Below, piece after piece: positions 48,442 to 60,336 of a stretch of 64,000 nucleotides of DNA; within the stretch, counting starts at the first letter, position 1, and every line of letters starts with the position of its first letter. The notes beneath the pieces are model-generated. The model was not told where the DNA came from. It did no database searches and saw only the letters and a list, made by a program, of their open reading frames with translations. The translations under genes and the position numbers were made by a program. The stretch covers positions 806,001 through 870,000 of the forward strand of contig NEEC01000014.1 of NCBI GenBank assembly GCA_002189035.1. Direction: 5' to 3'. Source of the DNA: Utricularia gibba. Lineage: Eukaryota; Plantae; Magnoliophyta.

Positions 48442-51152
48442 CTATTGAGATTCAGCAATGTATCCATGATCCAGCAGATCAGAGAGAAGGCTTCGCATTT
48501 TGTCAACAGATATGGGTTTAAGCATAAACCCAGCCATTCCGATCCTTGTGCAGCTATCTTTCAGCGTTCTGTCATTGTTTCCGGTGATGGCTACAATGGC
48601 AGGCCTCTCGGTGCGTCCCGAAAACTTCTCACGTATCTTTCGAGCAACCTCGAAGCCTTCACAGGTGGGCGTGCTTACAGTTACAAACACCACCTTGTGC
48701 TCACGGGTGATGGCCTTGAAACACTCTTCTGCAGAAGAAACCGCAAATACATCACACCCCAAGTGTGCCAGGAGGCCCTTGGTTATCATTCGACTAACAC
48801 TGCATCATGAACACCAGCAATGAAAAGAAGGTGAGGATGCTATTGGGGAGGTTTGAATAATGGCTCAAGAAAGATAGATTTTCCGCTCACCTATTGTCAT
48901 CCATTAAAACAACTTTGATGGAGAAACTTGGGTTGATTGGATTCCCCAGACCTTGCTGTGAGAATGGAGCCATCGGCTGGTTCGAGCGACCAGCAATTCC
49001 AAGTTTGACGACAAAAATAGCTGTAGAACCTTGGCCAGAACCTTCGCTTTGAATCCAAATATTGCCTTCCATAAGGTTCACAAACCTGACCTTGCAAACC
49101 CATATCATAATATGCAAGCGGTGAAGACGCGGAATGACCGTGAATTAACACCTCACCTCTTGCAAATGGCAAGGCCAAGTCCACTACCGCCATTGGTTTT
49201 CGAGGCAAGAGGCTTGTTCTGAACGAACTTCATGAACAGCTTAGGAATATCCTGAGGATCAACTCCTGAACCGGTATCTTTAACCTGAAACACAAAAAAA
49301 ATGGCTTTTTTCAGAATATTAACTCGGTTAACCCAGAAATGTTAGTGACAAGAGACTGCACCTCTACACGTAAATAGAAGTGATTTTCACTTTGCTTAGG
49401 GCAAAATTCTGGAGACTGAAGATCTCTCAGGGAGTCAGGTTTAGCAACTATGGCAGACACTGAAATTCCTCCCTCTTTTGTGAATTTCACAGCATTCCCA
49501 ACAACATTTAGGAAGACTTGCATTAGCCTCTTTTCATCACCAATGGCATATTCAGGAACATCTGGGGCATTCAGCGTCACGTACAACTTCTTCACAGATG
49601 CAATAGGCTTTATTAGGTTGAGTACCTAAAACAAGAAGCGGACATCTTATGTACACCTTGCACCAATGAAGTCTCTCTTCATTAATTTTGATGGTTATTA
49701 TGTTACCTCCATGAGGAGTGAATGCAGGCTAAAAGTGCTCATCTCAAGCTGGAGACTACCATCTTCAAGCCTTGAAAGATCCAATACATCATTAATAAGT
49801 GTCGCTAGAAGGTTGCTGCTTTTCAGGATTGTTTCCACCATCAATCGCTGCTCTGGAGTCAGTTCAGTTTCTTGCAATAAGGAAGAGAGAGCAATAATTG
49901 CATGCATTGGTGTTCTCATTTCATGATTCATCACAGCCAAGAAATCATTCCGTGCACGAACAGCCATCTCAGCTTCCCGTCTTGCAAGGTCCAAAGCAAC
50001 ATTCTGCTCCATTAAAAGATCTCTTGCCCTCATTGACTCTTCCAGAATTGCAGCATGGGAGAGGGCAACGGCAACCTGATACGCAAAATCAAGCGCACAT
50101 CTTACAGCATACGCAATACCAGTACTGGGAAGAAAATTGGAACTTTCTTAAAAAATAGCCCTTTCCATTTCTCGAAAAGAATTAAGGAAACCAAAAAATG
50201 TCAACTTTCAAGAGAAGAATATACAAAAAAAAAAAAAAAAAACCCTAACCTGATCTGCCACAACCTCAACAAGCTCCAACTCATGGGTGTGCCACTGCCT
50301 CGCACTATCCGAGGGGAGCATTAAAACCATGAGAGCATATCTTCTAGTAGACAATTCAGGCCAATCATGGATTTCAAAATTAGAAAGATGAAGAAGAGGA
50401 ACACGCACAGCAACTACTTCACCAAGCATGTACTTTCCAGCGGACCGGAACCGTGCAACAGGGGAGTTGGGCGAGATTTTGACTGCATGATTTGTGTTGA
50501 AGACACGATTGATCTCAGGAAGTTGTATGGGCACAGTAAACCCAACAGGGTTCTGGTGGCGAAGTGTATAAGAGAGTTGGAGCTCTAGTCCTGTCCGTGT
50601 GGGCATCCACAGCGAGCACTCTTCCAAGCCCAAGGTTCTCCCAAGTTCGACAAGTGTAGTCTTCAGTATAGTGTGCCGATCAAGAGTACTCCTGATTTCA
50701 TGTGTCAGCATCCTCACATGTCTACCAGTTTCCTCTTGAGTACGAATCAAACCCATTTCTCTATCTAGCTCAGCAGCCTTATTCTTCAAAAACAGCTCCC
50801 TCGTCTTCACACTCAACAGATCAGGAATGATATGCACTAACATAAGTGCAGTTGCACAGGACACAACAGCTGTTGATGTTTTGGCCATGGTCATGACAAT
50901 GGCCACTGTCCTAGAATGCATGCTATACGTCCACAAACTGATCAGATGAGTGGCGCCACACAATACAATGAACGCACCAAACTGCACAAGAACCCATCTA
51001 TATGGAAATACTGCAGATTTCTTAACAAAGTATATCAGCTCCAAGGGAATTGAGAAGTAAGCCAGTGCAATGAAAAAATCTGAGATATACTGATACTTCA
51101 CCAGCAACTCATCCCCTGGCCATGGCGACTCAATGCAGTTACAGAGTTCCAT
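48442..51152 (-). CDS. ETR1: Ethylene receptor ETR1 (subfamily I, with receiver domain)
   Basis: Six exons. [31 protein letters not shown] (Cu ligands), GAF domain, H-box [10 protein letters not shown]1/F/G2 boxes and receiver ...[10 protein letters not shown]. Confidence 0.97.
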
Positions 51153-52090
51153 GGTATCAGAATATCAAGAAATCGATCTGCTCTACATCATCAAACTGCA
51201 GAGTACACTGAAGGTCAAAATGAAGACATGAATGCATTCAATGAAGTCGATAAGAGAAAACATGCTCTCATAACTGTGCATAACTCTATTAAAATGAAAT
51301 TCAAACTGCGGCGCTAGGAGCAAGCTTAGGAGTTGCTCCGCAAAAAAACATAGCAAACAAGCAGGGAACCCCTAAATTTCTCTAACCAGATCAACTTCCG
51401 TCAAAAACTACTATTCATTAAAAGAAAAACTAAATAAAATCATCAAAACCCCTCTGAGAGGGAAAAGGGGACTTTTTCACTCGAATTGTACAGGAACAGC
51501 AAAAAACTTCAAAAATAAACATCTGCCCGCTACAAAATACAGTAGCAGCGTAAAAAGCTAGTAAACCAGCATAAAAAGTTTTTTTAAAAAAACCTCAAAA
51601 TCCTACTACGGCGACGGTGAGAGATTCCGGGGAGAGAAGGCAGCCTCCAACTGAGAAGCAAGCGATTGAAGTGACGAAATTTGCAGCAATTGAAGCCCTT
51701 ACCACAACTTTATTATGCTTCTCCTTCAAGGGGGCCTCATTTTGCCAAACATGACGCACAAACTAAATTATCCATATAAAGAAAGGTGACTCGACATTTT
51801 AAATCTCTGCACCATCCGGTCCCCGAAATGGCTCAAGTCAGAAGGCGATGCCGGCTTTGCAATCTTCAGAAGAGTCCTGAGAATGGATATTACGACTCGC
51901 GAGTCCTTGGGTAACCGCAAGGGCTTGCGATCTCCGGTGCAGAAAAGAGTGAAGATGAAGTTCTAGTCCCAAGTAACAGCAACAGCAAACCGACGTTAAA
52001 AAGAAAAAACAACAAAAAGAAAACCCGCTTTTCATTATTGAATAATTGGGGAGATAACTGAGAAATGGAAAGCGCGGCCCCGGGGTAACA

Positions 52091-52158
52091 TGGGCCTTAG
52101 GCTTGACTAATGGGCCAGACCGTATCTTAATCATCTAGGCCTGTACGTGAATTGGGCC
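52091..52158. promoter_or_regulatory. Site II (TGGGCC) cluster upstream of ETR1
   Basis: TGGGCC at 52091-52096, 52111-52116 and 52153-52158. Confidence 0.55.
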
Positions 52159-53178
52159 CGAGATAGACCCAAATAAATGCCAATATCTAATACTTTTCCT
52201 TGTTGAATTTGCAAGCTCTAGTTCCAAATAAGATGAATCGAAATGTCGAAAAAACGTGGGTACGCATCCATCGTAAAAACATAATGAAATGATGCTTCTA
52301 AATTAACGATTTATGAACCATATATAGTGATTTTTTTCTATTTTTTCATGACTTTATTATTTTTTATTTATTTTACGTGGGGTAGAGTCATCAATGGGGA
52401 TGCATGACATGGCGCCTACGGCAGACGAATTCCAAGTTCCCATGGCATGTGAAACCATTCCATGGGAATGAAGAAAGCTTCTAGAAGATACCAACCATCC
52501 ACGAATGACCAGTCACTCGTTCTCGCATGCACCGTACATTTCATGTTCCTCCCATTTTGGACTACATAACCATTTACATTTTCACATTAAAATTTTTATC
52601 TTTTCAAAAATAATATAAATTTACATTTTTTATAACATCTATGATATGTTTCATCTTATTTAAGAATTGTTCTGGAAAATTTTTTAAAATTATTTTTAAG
52701 AAGTAGTAATAATAATTAAAAAGAATCAATTCCTTATTTTTCCAAATATAACTTTTGTAATATAATTTTAAAAATATTTTGATAAAATTACTTTTATAAT
52801 TAAAAATATTCTAAAATAAAACTATTTTTCTTTTTTGAAAAATAAAAATAGATTTTAAAATTTTTCCAAAACATTAATTTATTCTTTCTCACATTCAGTC
52901 AAAATATTTTTATTAAGGATGATTAATTTCCTCATCATAGTCATACATTTATTACAACTAATGTCTTAATTTGTGTGCATGCAAAAGAGGGGATGACCCC
53001 TCCCTATCCCATGCATTGATTACTTCCATAAATAGATATCAAATGATGGGTTAGTTTTGCAATCTTCCTACAAAAAAATATTTTTCAATAACTAATTTTA
53101 ATAAAATATTAAATAAATAATTTTGAATAATATTATTACAGTAAAAGACTTGTAACTCTGATCTAGTAAAAGGCCAAG

Positions 53179-54282
53179 GACGCGGACGCGGACGCGGCGG
53201 GGCACAATTCGCCTCGTGCGCAAATTGAATTGGATGATGATGTTGTTTCCTGGAAAATTATATTACGAAGGTCAAAGATGTGTCACCCAGCTACAGGCCC
53301 CCACCTAAAACCTCCTACGCGCGTCCTTCGTTGACCAAAAAATTCCTTGGATTAGCAACAAAATCATTTCTTTATTCTCAATCCCCACCCACTACACGCC
53401 TCACTTATGGAATTATTTTGTATTTTGGTTTAATTGTTTGAACAATGTATGTTTGGTAAATTAATTTTAACAATATACGAGTATTTTACGAAATTGCAAT
53501 GAATTAGATATTTCCAAATTCAATTTTTAGGTATATTTTATTTAAAAAGTCAATTTATAAAGTATTTGTTTTAAACACAATTTATTGAATATAATATTAT
53601 TTTAAATGTATATTTAAAATTTATATATCAAATAAACTTTAATATTAACCATATAATATACTACCAAACATATCCTAATACTCATTTGAAAATAATATTG
53701 TGTTTTGGATTCGGGTTAGGTCGAAAGAGGAAAATATGAATCAAGAAGAATATTAGATGTATGTTATATCAGTTATAAATAAAATAAATAAATAGTTTAT
53801 ATATAAAAACATTTTTTCGAAAGAAAAGAATGAAAAATCATGATAATTGAATGTAGAAAGTGAACAATATCATATAATAAAAGAATAGGGTATTAGATTT
53901 GATATTAGAGTTAAACTAACGATTTGTTTTTGGGCAAGAGGTGGAATTGGGCACGTGGGGCGGGGCGACCCGTGAGGCAGTGGATGCCGCAGTTTTCGAG
54001 TGGGATAATGTTCATTACCGTGTACCCGTTTGTTTGTTGGTGATCCGGACAAAAGTGTGACCCGACCGGCCACCAACGGCCAAACCAGACGAAGAAGAAA
54101 ATTCTCGGGTCTTGTCATAAAAATCTTAATCCAATAAAAAATCGGAATTTCCATAGCCCACCGGAAAAGTGCCCCGGCCAGTCAATCCAGGAGACCACAC
54201 ATGAAAACCAGTGAAGGGATTCATACTATAAATTCAAAGCTCCCGGCTTTTCTATTTCTCCCATCACCGCAGAGCTTGACCT
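53179..54282. promoter_or_regulatory. Stress-responsive motifs upstream of RBOH: W-boxes, CGCG boxes and a G-box
   Basis: (GGACGC)3 repeat from ~53179; GGTCAA ~53270, TTGACC 53331, AGTCAA ~53548 and ~54180, TTGACC ~54277; ACGCGCGT ~53317; CACGTG ~53952. Confidence 0.45.
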
Positions 54283-54380
54283 TGCTATCTTTTTCTGATC
54301 TTTCACAACAATCTTGGAACTTTCCAATCTCGAAGAGCGCAGGGTGTACGAACTTGGTACTATGAACAATTCTGAGAGGA

Positions 54381-57300
54381 ATGATCTCGGGGGGAACGGC
54401 GGGGCAGAGCCTGCCGGTAAGCCGAAGGGGGTCGAGGAAAAGCGCGCGCTTTGAGTTGCCGGAGCAGTCGGTCGACGATGACTATGTCGAAATCACCCTC
54501 GATGTCACGGAGGACTCCGTGGCGGTGCACAGCGTTAGGGCCGCCGGAGGAGGCGGAGCGGAGGACCCGGATCTGGCGTTGCTGGCGAAAGGGCTGGAGA
54601 ACAAGGGGTCGTCGAGGATAAAGCAGGTTTCGGAGGAGCTCCGGCGGTTGGCGACTCTCACGCGCCGCCCTCAACCGACCGCATTCGATCGCAATAAGTC
54701 CGCCGCCGCGAGGGCTCTCAAGGGCTTGAAGTTCATCGCCAAGACCGACGGCCCCGCCGGCTGGGCCGCCGTGGCGAAACGCTTCGATGAGCTCACGGTG
54801 GAGACTAGCGGGTTGCTGCCCCGCGCTCTCTTCGGAGCCTGCATTGGTATCCCCCTTTTCCCACGTACTTTTTAACCCTTTTCCCCAAAATTTCATCCTC
54901 AAACTTGCGTATTCAATGAATCCCCAGGGATGAACAAGGAGGCCGTAGAATTCGCCGGCAAACTCTTCGACGCCCTTGCGCGGCGGAGGAACTATTCCGG
55001 CATCACCATTATCAACAAGGTGCAGCTCAAGGAGTTCTGGGACCAAATTTCCGACCAAACCTTCGACTCTAGACTTCAGACTTTTTTCGACATGTAAGTC
55101 AACAATTTCACAACCAATTTTCAAACATAATTACATTATTTTTAATTAAAAAATATAATTTTTCCTCATTATTATTATAATCAGGGTGGATAAAGATGCC
55201 GATGGTAGAATTGCAGAAGAGGAAGTGCGAGAGGTAATAATAAATTTATTACCTTTTTGTTTTTTTCCCAATATTCAAAAAAAAAAATAATATTATTATT
55301 ATTCACTTGCAGATCATTAGCCTGAGTGCTTCTGCAAACAAGCTGTCCACTATTCAGAAGCAAGCAGATGAGTACGCGAGGTTGATCATGGAGGAACTCG
55401 ACCCAGCTGGGCTCGGCTTCATCATGGTAATTCCTGGTTTTCTTGTCGGCGGGATTCCACAATGGATTCTTCTCTTGCTGAAGGTAACAGCATTGCATTT
55501 GGTTGTCGCAGATAGAGAACTTGGAGACACTTTTGCTGCAAGGACCGAGCCACTCCGTTCAGGGAGGGGACAGCCGGAACCTGAGCAAGATGCTGAGCGA
55601 GAAGCTGAAGCCGACGAACGACAGCCCGATACGCCGCTGCTGGAGAAGCTTCAGCTACTTCTTACAGGACAATTGGCAGAGGATCTGGGTGTTGGCTCTC
55701 TGGATCGGAATTATGGCCGGGCTTTTTGCCTGGAAGTATGTCCAGTACAGACATCGGGCAGTCTACAACGTGATGGGTCCGTGTGTGTGTATGGCCAAGG
55801 GGGCTGCGGAGACTCTGAAGCTGAACATGGCCATCATCTTGTTCCCTGTTTGCCGGAATACGATCACCTGGCTCCGCACCAAGACCGGCATTGGCGCCGC
55901 CGTCCCTTTCGATGACAACATCAACTTCCATAAGGTATTCGTTGAATTGCGTCAGTGGGGAAGAAGAAGAAAATTGCTGTACTGAACATACCTGTGTCTG
56001 CTACTTGCCAGGTGATTGCTATAGCGATAACCATTGGGGTGGGGATCCATGGGCTGGCTCACTTGACGTGCGACTTCCCCCGGCTGCTCGAAGCCACCCC
56101 AGAACAGTATGCGCCGATGATACAATTCTTCGGACCACAACCCACATCCTACTGGTGGTTCGTCTGGGGCTGGGAAGGAGTAACTGGTGTGCTCATGGTT
56201 GTTCTAATGGCGATCGCTTTCATCCTCGCATTGCCCTGGTTCCGGAGGGGCAGAGTAGCTCTCCCGAAGCCATTAAGGAACTTCACTGGCTTCAACGCCT
56301 TTTGGTACTCGCACCATCTCTTCGTCATCGTCTACATTGCCTATGTCATTCACGGCATCATGCTCTTCCTCACCCATGAATGGTACAAGAAAACGGTCAG
56401 TCCCATGATCCTTCTTGTCTGGTATTCTCAACCTTGTAGTATCTTCAAGCTTCGAGGTTTTGACGTTGTTTCTGTCTTCAGACATGGATGTACTTGGCCA
56501 TTCCAGTGTTGCTGTACTTGGGGAACGTCTGATGAGAGCCTTCAGATCGAGCATCCAACCTGTGAAGCTCTTGAAGGTAACCGGACATATTCATCTCTTT
56601 TTCAGTATCTTCAATTACTGAGACTTTTTCATTCGGAAATGCAGGTGGCTGTGTACCCTGGAAACGTGCTGGCTCTGTACATGAGCAAGCCTCAGGGATT
56701 CAGATACAAAAGTGGTCAATACGTCTTCCTCAACTGCCGAGCTATCTCTCCATTCCAATGGTAAACAGATACATCTTCTCAGATCTCAACTCTGTCAGTC
56801 GTTTCATGGAGATTATATGAGATTCACCATGAATGCTGATTTCACAGGCATCCGTTTACCATAACCTCAGCCCCAGGGGATGACTACGTGAGTGTTCATA
56901 TTCGAGCAGCTGGAGATTGGACCAGACAACTCAGGGTTCTCTTCTCTGAGGTAACGTCGGCATTTCACAACCACCATTCTGCATTGTAGTACCATGACTC
57001 TAAAAACTTTTTCCTGGTTCAGGTCTGCCAGCCACCGCAGTCGGGCAAGAGCGGACTCCTCCGTGCTGAATGCCTGAATGGAGAAAACAATCCAAAGTAA
57101 GTCCATCATCAAGGAATCCACTTCACTATTCCAGTCCCATGCAGTGTTACTCACATGGTGAAATGGTCATCTCACAGCTTCCCTAAGTTGATGATCGACG
57201 GGCCGTATGGAGCTCCAACTCAAGATTACAAGGAATACGACGTTGTCCTGTTGGTCGGACTGGGGATCGGCGCGACGCCGATGATCAGTGTGGTGAAGGA

Positions 57301-57875
57301 CATCATGAACAACATCCGAGCCTCGGATGAAGAAGAGAACTCCTTGGAGGCTGGTGCGAGGTGGAAGACCAAAGGGCATAACTTCAAGACTACCAGAGCC
57401 TACTTCTATTGGATCACTCGGGAGCAAGGATCCTTCGACTGGTTCAAAGGTGTGATGAATGAAGTATCTGAGAATGACCACAAGGGAGTGATAGAAATGC
57501 ACAACTACTGCACCAGTGTGTATGAGGAAGGCGATGCTCGGTCAGCTCTCATCACCATGCTTCAGCAGCTCAACCATGCGAAAAATGGGGTGGATGTGAT
57601 CTCCGGAACCCGAGTCAAGTCCCATTTCGCCAGACCGAATTGGCGTGCGGTTTACAAGCGCATCACGCTCAACCATCCCAACACCAGAGTTGGTGAGTTC
57701 ATTTCTCAACTCCATGCTGTTCACAAGTACAAACTTCAGAATCTGACATGCTGTTCTTGTTGCAGGGGTGTTCTACTGTGGTGCTCCACAGCCGGTGAAG
57801 GAACTGAGACAACTGGCTTCTGATTTTTCACACAAAACAAGCACCAAATTTGAATTCCACAAAGAGAACTTCTGA
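54381..57875 (+). CDS. RBOH: Respiratory burst oxidase homolog, RBOHD/NbRBOHB/StRBOHC clade
   Basis: [38 protein letters not shown]-hand [23 protein letters not shown], heme His residues, [33 protein letters not shown]; ends FEFHKENF*. About 11-12 exons. Confidence 0.96.
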
Positions 57876-58050
57876 TTTCTCCACAGATCTCAAGTATAGT
57901 TTCATAGTTGGGGGTTGAGTTGTATGTCAGCTTGAGTGAACCATTATTTTTTTAATCTACAGCACAATTCTTTATCAGATCTCTCAAGGAAGCCATCAAA
58001 AGCCATGTACTTACATAAATCTCACCGGTTACAAACTCATAATCATTCAA

Positions 58051-59655
58051 TCAATCCACTGATGGGAAAAATTCATATTGGTGCAGTTCCATTCTATCGA
58101 GAATGAAAAATATTTCCTCAGAACAAAAATGCAACGAGTCACCTGAGAGGAACTCATGATTTATCCCATTCAACTGAATCAAGCTACAACCAACATTCTT
58201 CTTCACCTCCCATTTTCCATCTCTCAAGTTCCTTACTTTCACCACATCATCCCATCTTTGCAAACCGGCATACAAATGCACCATTCCCGAATACACCCCT
58301 CCATCCTCAGGCTTCAATTCCATTACTTGCTTCGCCACTGTCTTGGCGACATCAAGATTTCCATGGATTTTGCACCCTCCAAGCAATCCTCCCCATACGA
58401 AGATATCCCCCGTATTCTGCATTTCATTTATCAATGCTAGTGCTTCCTTTATATACCCTGCACGTCCAAGAAGATCGGCCATACATCCATAATGCTTCGG
58501 TTCCCGAGGAACACAGTAAACACTATCCATTGAGGCAAAGATTGCACTTGCTTCATTGATAAGGCCTGAGTGGCTGCAGCCTACTAAAACTCCCAAGATA
58601 GATACCCCATCTGGTCTGATGCCATCTCTTATCATTCTAGAGAAATAATCAAGCAGCAGATCCCCATACCCGTGCATTGCAAGTCCAACAAGCATTGCAT
58701 TCCACAAAGGAACGCTTTTTTTGTGGCATGACCAAAAGATCTCCTTAGCCGTATCGATGCACCCACATTTCGAGTACAAATCAATCAATGCTGTGCCCAA
58801 ATATGTATCCAAATCAAGTCCCCGTGTAAGAACATAATGGTGTATTCTCTTCCCCTTTCCCAGTTCACCAATCTGTGCACAAGCCGAAAGTGCAGAAACC
58901 AAAGCAACATTATCGAACTTCACATTTAGCCTTAACATAGTATCAGACAATTCAATAGCCTCCGCGCTACGATTCGCTTTCGCGTACCCAGCCAAAAGGC
59001 TACCCCAAGAAACAGCGTCTCTTGTAGGCATTTCATCAAACAGCTCCCTAGCGTTATCAATCTCCCCAACCTTGACATAACCATCAATCAAGACATTATA
59101 ACCCACCACATCCCTAAAAGCACATTCCTCCAGCATTCTCCTGGCGTCACCCACTTCCCCAAACCTGCAATATGCACATGCAAGACTGTTGCACACGAAC
59201 AAATCATCCAAAAATCCGAACTTGACCAATTCCGAATGCAGATTCTTGGCTAGTGTAAGCGAACCCGGCAGCAATCCACAAGCCTTGAGAGCAAAAGGGA
59301 AGGTGTGGAAATCAGGCCCGATAGATTCCTTACGCATTCGAGCGTAAAAACGGAGAGAAGTGGCAGGGTGACCGAGCAGGGTGTGAGTTCTGGCAATTGC
59401 ATTGTACGCAAAAGAAGATGGAAACGGAATGAGACAGAAAACCTTTTCGGAATAGGTAATGGCGGACGCAGAAAGCCCGATGAGCGAAGACAGAGCATGA
59501 AGAATCTGAGTGAGGATAGGACCGGGACAGAGAGAAAGCAGCCCACGCGAGATGGCTTGGGAATGAACTTGCTGAACATGCGCTTCTGATTTGCAGATGC
59601 TTCTCAAAGCGTAGATGAAATGCCGTGTGGTTTCCAAACAGCGAACCTGGTGCAT
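58051..59655 (-). CDS. PLS-class PPR protein with E domain, no DYW (At5g61800-like), 534 aa
   Basis: Single exon. PDFHTFPFALKAC, DVVGYNVLIDGYVK, WNAMLVGLAMHG, KHYGCMADLLGRAG, PEDGGVY and VKKNVGCSLI; stops before a DYW domain. Confidence 0.93.
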   Translation of the reverse strand: MHQVRCLETTRHFIYALRSICKSEAHVQQVHSQAISRGLLSLCPGPILTQILHALSSLIGLSASAITYSEKVFCLIPFPSSFAYNAIARTHTLLGHPATSLRFYARMRKESIGPDFHTFPFALKACGLLPGSLTLAKNLHSELVKFGFLDDLFVCNSLACAYCRFGEVGDARRMLEECAFRDVVGYNVLIDGYVKVGEIDNARELFDEMPTRDAVSWGSLLAGYAKANRSAEAIELSDTMLRLNVKFDNVALVSALSACAQIGELGKGKRIHHYVLTRGLDLDTYLGTALIDLYSKCGCIDTAKEIFWSCHKKSVPLWNAMLVGLAMHGYGDLLLDYFSRMIRDGIRPDGVSILGVLVGCSHSGLINEASAIFASMDSVYCVPREPKHYGCMADLLGRAGYIKEALALINEMQNTGDIFVWGGLLGGCKIHGNLDVAKTVAKQVMELKPEDGGVYSGMVHLYAGLQRWDDVVKVRNLRDGKWEVKKNVGCSLIQLNGINHEFLSGDSLHFCSEEIFFILDRMELHQYEFFPSVD

Positions 59656-59922
59656 CCTTTACCGGAGTCCCAGAAGTCGGACACGGCGAGTCTCCGGCGC
59701 CGGCGCATGAATCAAAGCCTCCAAAAACAAGTCCAAACGGCCGCATCGCGTCAAAGCCTCAGTCCCTCCGGCCTCGAAGCCGTCTGATCCACTGGCAAAC
59801 GTTGAAGGCACTTCATCCGCCATTGATGTAGCCTCATTCGCCGTCAACTTTCGTTACAATATAAAGAATCGAATTTGGTCCGTTCTTGAATCTTGATTTA
59901 TGAGTACGGTCAGTTATCCCCA

Positions 59923-59996
59923 TGGGCCACAGGCCCAAACAGGTGCGCAGGCCTAGATTTACTGGGCTTGTTCTTGTTGGTGCCACATTAGGCCCA
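59923..59996. promoter_or_regulatory. Site II cluster upstream of the PPR-E gene
   Basis: TGGGCC 59923, GGCCCA 59932, TGGGCT 59963, GGCCCA 59991. Confidence 0.65.
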
Positions 59997-60336
59997 TATG
60001 ACTGCATACTCTGCATCTATGTCTTCTTCTTGTTCATCATATTCTTGAACTCAAAAACACAATGGCTACTCATTTACCTGTCGCTTGTAGGAGTTTTGAT
60101 GAATTTGATTGAATACTAAACTTAGTCACACTCGCATCCGCGTGAATACCTGGAACGGATTAGACCGGGACCGGTCGAAACCAGCTAAAGTAGATCCTTT
60201 TATCTTCACCAGGAAAAAAAAAAGATGAACATGAATGAAGGTTGAAAGAAAGATGCTACAGCATACAAGAAACTGGAAATGCAACTCTGGGAAATAATTT
60301 TTTTAAAAAGAAATACATACCCAAATTCAACATGCC

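Noticed and set aside
54360-55124. 254-aa minus-strand ORF
   Set aside because: Antisense shadow of GC-rich RBOH exons 1-2.
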